A stretch of 51,844 bases of DNA, the filler included, from Sphacelaria rigidula (lineage: Eukaryota), in assembly GCA_964200075.2 (NCBI GenBank). It is 3 parts of 3 records of this genome, joined end to end, with 100 filler letters (N's around TTAATTAATTAA, not from the genome) between each part and the next. Parts side by side here need not be neighbours in the genome. Positions count along the whole stretch, not along the records: positions 34,634 to 51,844 come from CAXNAA020001140.1; 2 more parts are not named here. The stretch is one strand, 5' to 3'. Shown in pieces: positions 48,953 through 51,844 of this stretch. The translations under genes were made by a program, and so were the position numbers. The stretch's first letter is position 1, and the number at the start of each line of letters is the position of its first letter. The notes under the pieces are model-generated. The model was given only the letters and a program-made list of their open reading frames with translations. It did no database searches and was not told where the DNA came from.

Positions 48953-49734
48953 TCCGATTCATTATGGCAAACCATTAGATGGAGGGGTACAACGGGCAAA
49001 AGCAGGGGATGGGTTTTACAGGTGTCACGGGTGATGTTTTGTTTCCCAACACTGCACGCACTGCCACCGTCACCATTGTAGGCTGATCAGCAGTCCCTTC
49101 CGTTATGTATCTCACCAGCTTGCGAAGTCTTAGAAGCTGTAATTGGTCGTTGTTTATTTTTTTGTAGTTTTTGACCCACGGTTGCCGCAGCGGGGATGGA
49201 TTCAATTGCTGGTCGTCTCTAACCAACAGCATGTAACGGATTCGAACAAGAATGTTTTTAGCATGTGTTTGATGGGTAACGTGCAGCATACACACGAATT
49301 GAGAGCGAAAACTAGAGGGGGAGCCAAATGTCACCAGCATTGACTTTTGTTCCCTCTCTCCGGGATGGGGGGGGGGGGAACACATATGTGCAGAATTTCC
49401 CTTTTTGTGCACCCCTGGATCATCCCTACCAACATTTCTCGAAACACATAAATTTTCAGCAACGTCAGCGAGGAGCTAGCTGTACATGGTTATTTAAATG
49501 TCTACTGTTTCAACGGCGCCGGACAGTTTTCTTGTTCACTTTAGGGTTAGGAGGGGGCAAAAGATGAGGGCGATGATGTGTGGGGGGTAACATCCTCTTT
49601 CGGCAAGTACAAGAACTCACAATGTGTTATGTGTGAAATACATTTTCGACCCCTGTACTATCATAACTTGGGGATGTGCATACGTGCGATGTTTACGACA
49701 TCAAAACTCAACTTGCTCCTCACCTGACGCGCCC

Positions 49735-49974
49735 TCAGTTTCGCACTCGTGCGGCCTTCGTGACGACGCCACGGCCAGAGGCGGCGGAAAGGTGGTGTTA
49801 CCACTACAACTTAGCAGCGGCACACCGACCGAACGCGAGGAGAGAAGACGCATACATGATGACCGAGCATTCGAGAGGCGTATTCCAGGACGGGGTCGTG
49901 TAATTGCGTGACGCCACCTCTTCACCGCCTCTGGCCGTGGCGTCGTCGCGAAGGCCGCACGAGTGCGAAACTGA
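49735..49974. mobile_element. MITE with ~67-bp TIRs
   Basis: TCAGTTTCGCACTCGTGCGGCCTTCG.GACGACGCCACGGCCAGAGGCGG is inverted at 49908-49974. Confidence 0.85.
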
Positions 49975-51844
49975 CGTATTGCTCCTCCCGACCTCGAACG
50001 ACGACACGGGGCAAAGGTGGGACATAGTATATGTCGCCGAATAGCGACCACAGGGAAAACTGATGGTACCACGGTCCGCCCCCCCCCCCCCCCCCCCCCC
50101 CCCACACCCCGCGGGCGGCGGGGGAGGGGGGGGCCTTTCTCTTTGCGCGCTCCCCCCCCCCCAGCACNNNNNNNNNNCGAACGCGGACACGGGGGAAAGG
50201 GGGGACATAGTTGATGGCGCCCAAAACCCACCACAGGGGAAACTGGGGGGACCCCGGTCCCCCCCCCCCCCCCCCCCCGCAGCCAAATACGTGGGGTGCT
50301 GAGTGGCAGGGTCAGTTTTTTCGAATCGCCCGCGTCCGCACGTCACGTACTCGTACACACGTACAAACTCCATAGTGGCACCCGCCGGCAGTGCCACCCG
50401 CACGTCAGTTGCCTTCGATGTCGAAGTACAAGATCTTCGCCAGTGTCACGTCACCATCACCCGATAGACAACTAGCTCGCGCTGTAGGGCTGGTGAACAC
50501 GTCTACATCCTGGCCTTGTCGGGCATTAACGGCCCTAGCCCGTGGCCTGGGGCCGTCGGTCGTAGCGGTCTTTACGCCACCTCCATGAACCGCCTGGAGC
50601 CACTGCTGGCATTTGCAGGCACCCCTTGGTTGAACCGCGAGCAGAAGATGTCGCTGTTGTCCAGTCTCCCATGGCCGGCGTCCCACCAGTGGGGATGTCT
50701 CGGCTCGGAACAGACGACGGGATCGCCTTCAAGTCGGCGACACCTGAACCATAATCTGGCGGCGCCAAGACTTGTGGTCGCGTGTGGACGGATCCCGCTC
50801 TCGCTGGTCATGCACGCCATCCTTAAGGCATTCGCCCCCTCCGCTCCGGACGCCTTGGCGTTGTTGGCTGGTTCGTCCCCAGGCAAAATCCTCTCTCGAC
50901 ACAAGGCCGAACCTGGATATCTCCCGGTCGATGCAGCTGCCGTTGGCGTTGTTCCGGTCGCGTCCTGTACGTCTCTCATCCCCCCTGGAAGGGTTTCGGC
51001 GAGGGCTACGAGAACGCGCTGGTATCCCTAGCCAGAAGTTACCGTCTCGAAACGTTTTAATTCCTGGGGTAGCAAAACCGGGACCCCGTGTAGGGCTCAG
51101 GTCCTGAAACCCTCGCCAACGCCATCAGCGTGTTCGCTCGCCTTGCGTGATGTGCTGCGGGCTTTTGCCCAGTTTCCAGATTGGTTCACCCTTTAGTGAA
51201 TTGGTGCCCTGCCTCACCGACATCTGCGTTTGGCGAACGCCCTTGGAACAACGTGTGAAGGTGTTGCGGGCCGAGTCGAGAGGAAACAATCAGGTAGGAG
51301 TGCAGAAATGATACGATAAAATGCTGGAGTGTACACCCCATTAGTCACCCACGCAAATAGGACAGAAGCAACTGCGGTCATGTACGCGTAGGGTATGTAG
51401 CAACCCAGTTCCACTCCCCAAAGTCGGCAACTAAACTTTAAAACCGTAGAGTCCTCGGTGATACCCGGGGAGGGTACGTTAGAACAGCCACCACCCTTCC
51501 CATACTTTCCACGGTATTCATTAAAGGCCGAGAGGAAGTGATGTCGCTGTGAGGACCTGGGGGCCGGCTATTATATTTTGGTCTCGGAATGTCATATTTC
51601 CTTCTAACCCGCGCATCCGAAATGGGTGCTGAAAACAAACATCGCGTGTATCCTAAATATTGTTTGCGTAGGGAAGATGTAGCATTATCCCATGATGAGC
51701 GGCAACTGGAATGGCTGTTTTGTTTTTGGCTAATTGCGTTGAGGTACGCTTTCGCGCGTGCATGGGTGACCAGAGGAGGCGGGGGGGGGGCTGTACTCAT
51801 GATCATGCATCCCAACGTCATAAGACCATTGACCTCGCATCCCT

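Noticed and set aside
50006..50280. Apparent duplication with long C/G runs around an N gap
   Set aside because: The second copy looks like a low-quality read of the first (bases replaced by G/C next to homopolymers); likely an assembly artefact

Overview
Eukaryotic, transposon-saturated, apparently gene-free region. A brown-algal (Ectocarpus-like) host is my unverified inference from the repeat style and TTAGGG repeats. The centre holds a 14.26-kb minus-strand Ty3/Gypsy LTR retrotransposon (19772-34032). It has 512-bp LTRs, a very long gag region with a CCHC knuckle, protease, RT/RNase H and integrase ending in a chromodomain plus a possible Tudor-like domain. It sits inside the TIR of a small MITE, which sits inside an older related Gypsy element traceable from ~17320 to ~43300 and further broken by piggyBac-like and MULE-like insertions. 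To the left are a decayed Academ/DUF6589-like DDE transposase (14412-17055), a composite hAT-like unit (11378-13037), several MITEs (one carrying TTAGGG repeats), minisatellites and tandem duplications. To the right are hAT-like MITEs and a decayed head-to-tail array of short unknown paralogous ORFs (47770-48952). Two N gaps contain an artificial TTAATTAATTAA linker. No intact host gene, RNA gene or CRISPR array is supported. All family assignments come from motif reading by eye, not database searches.
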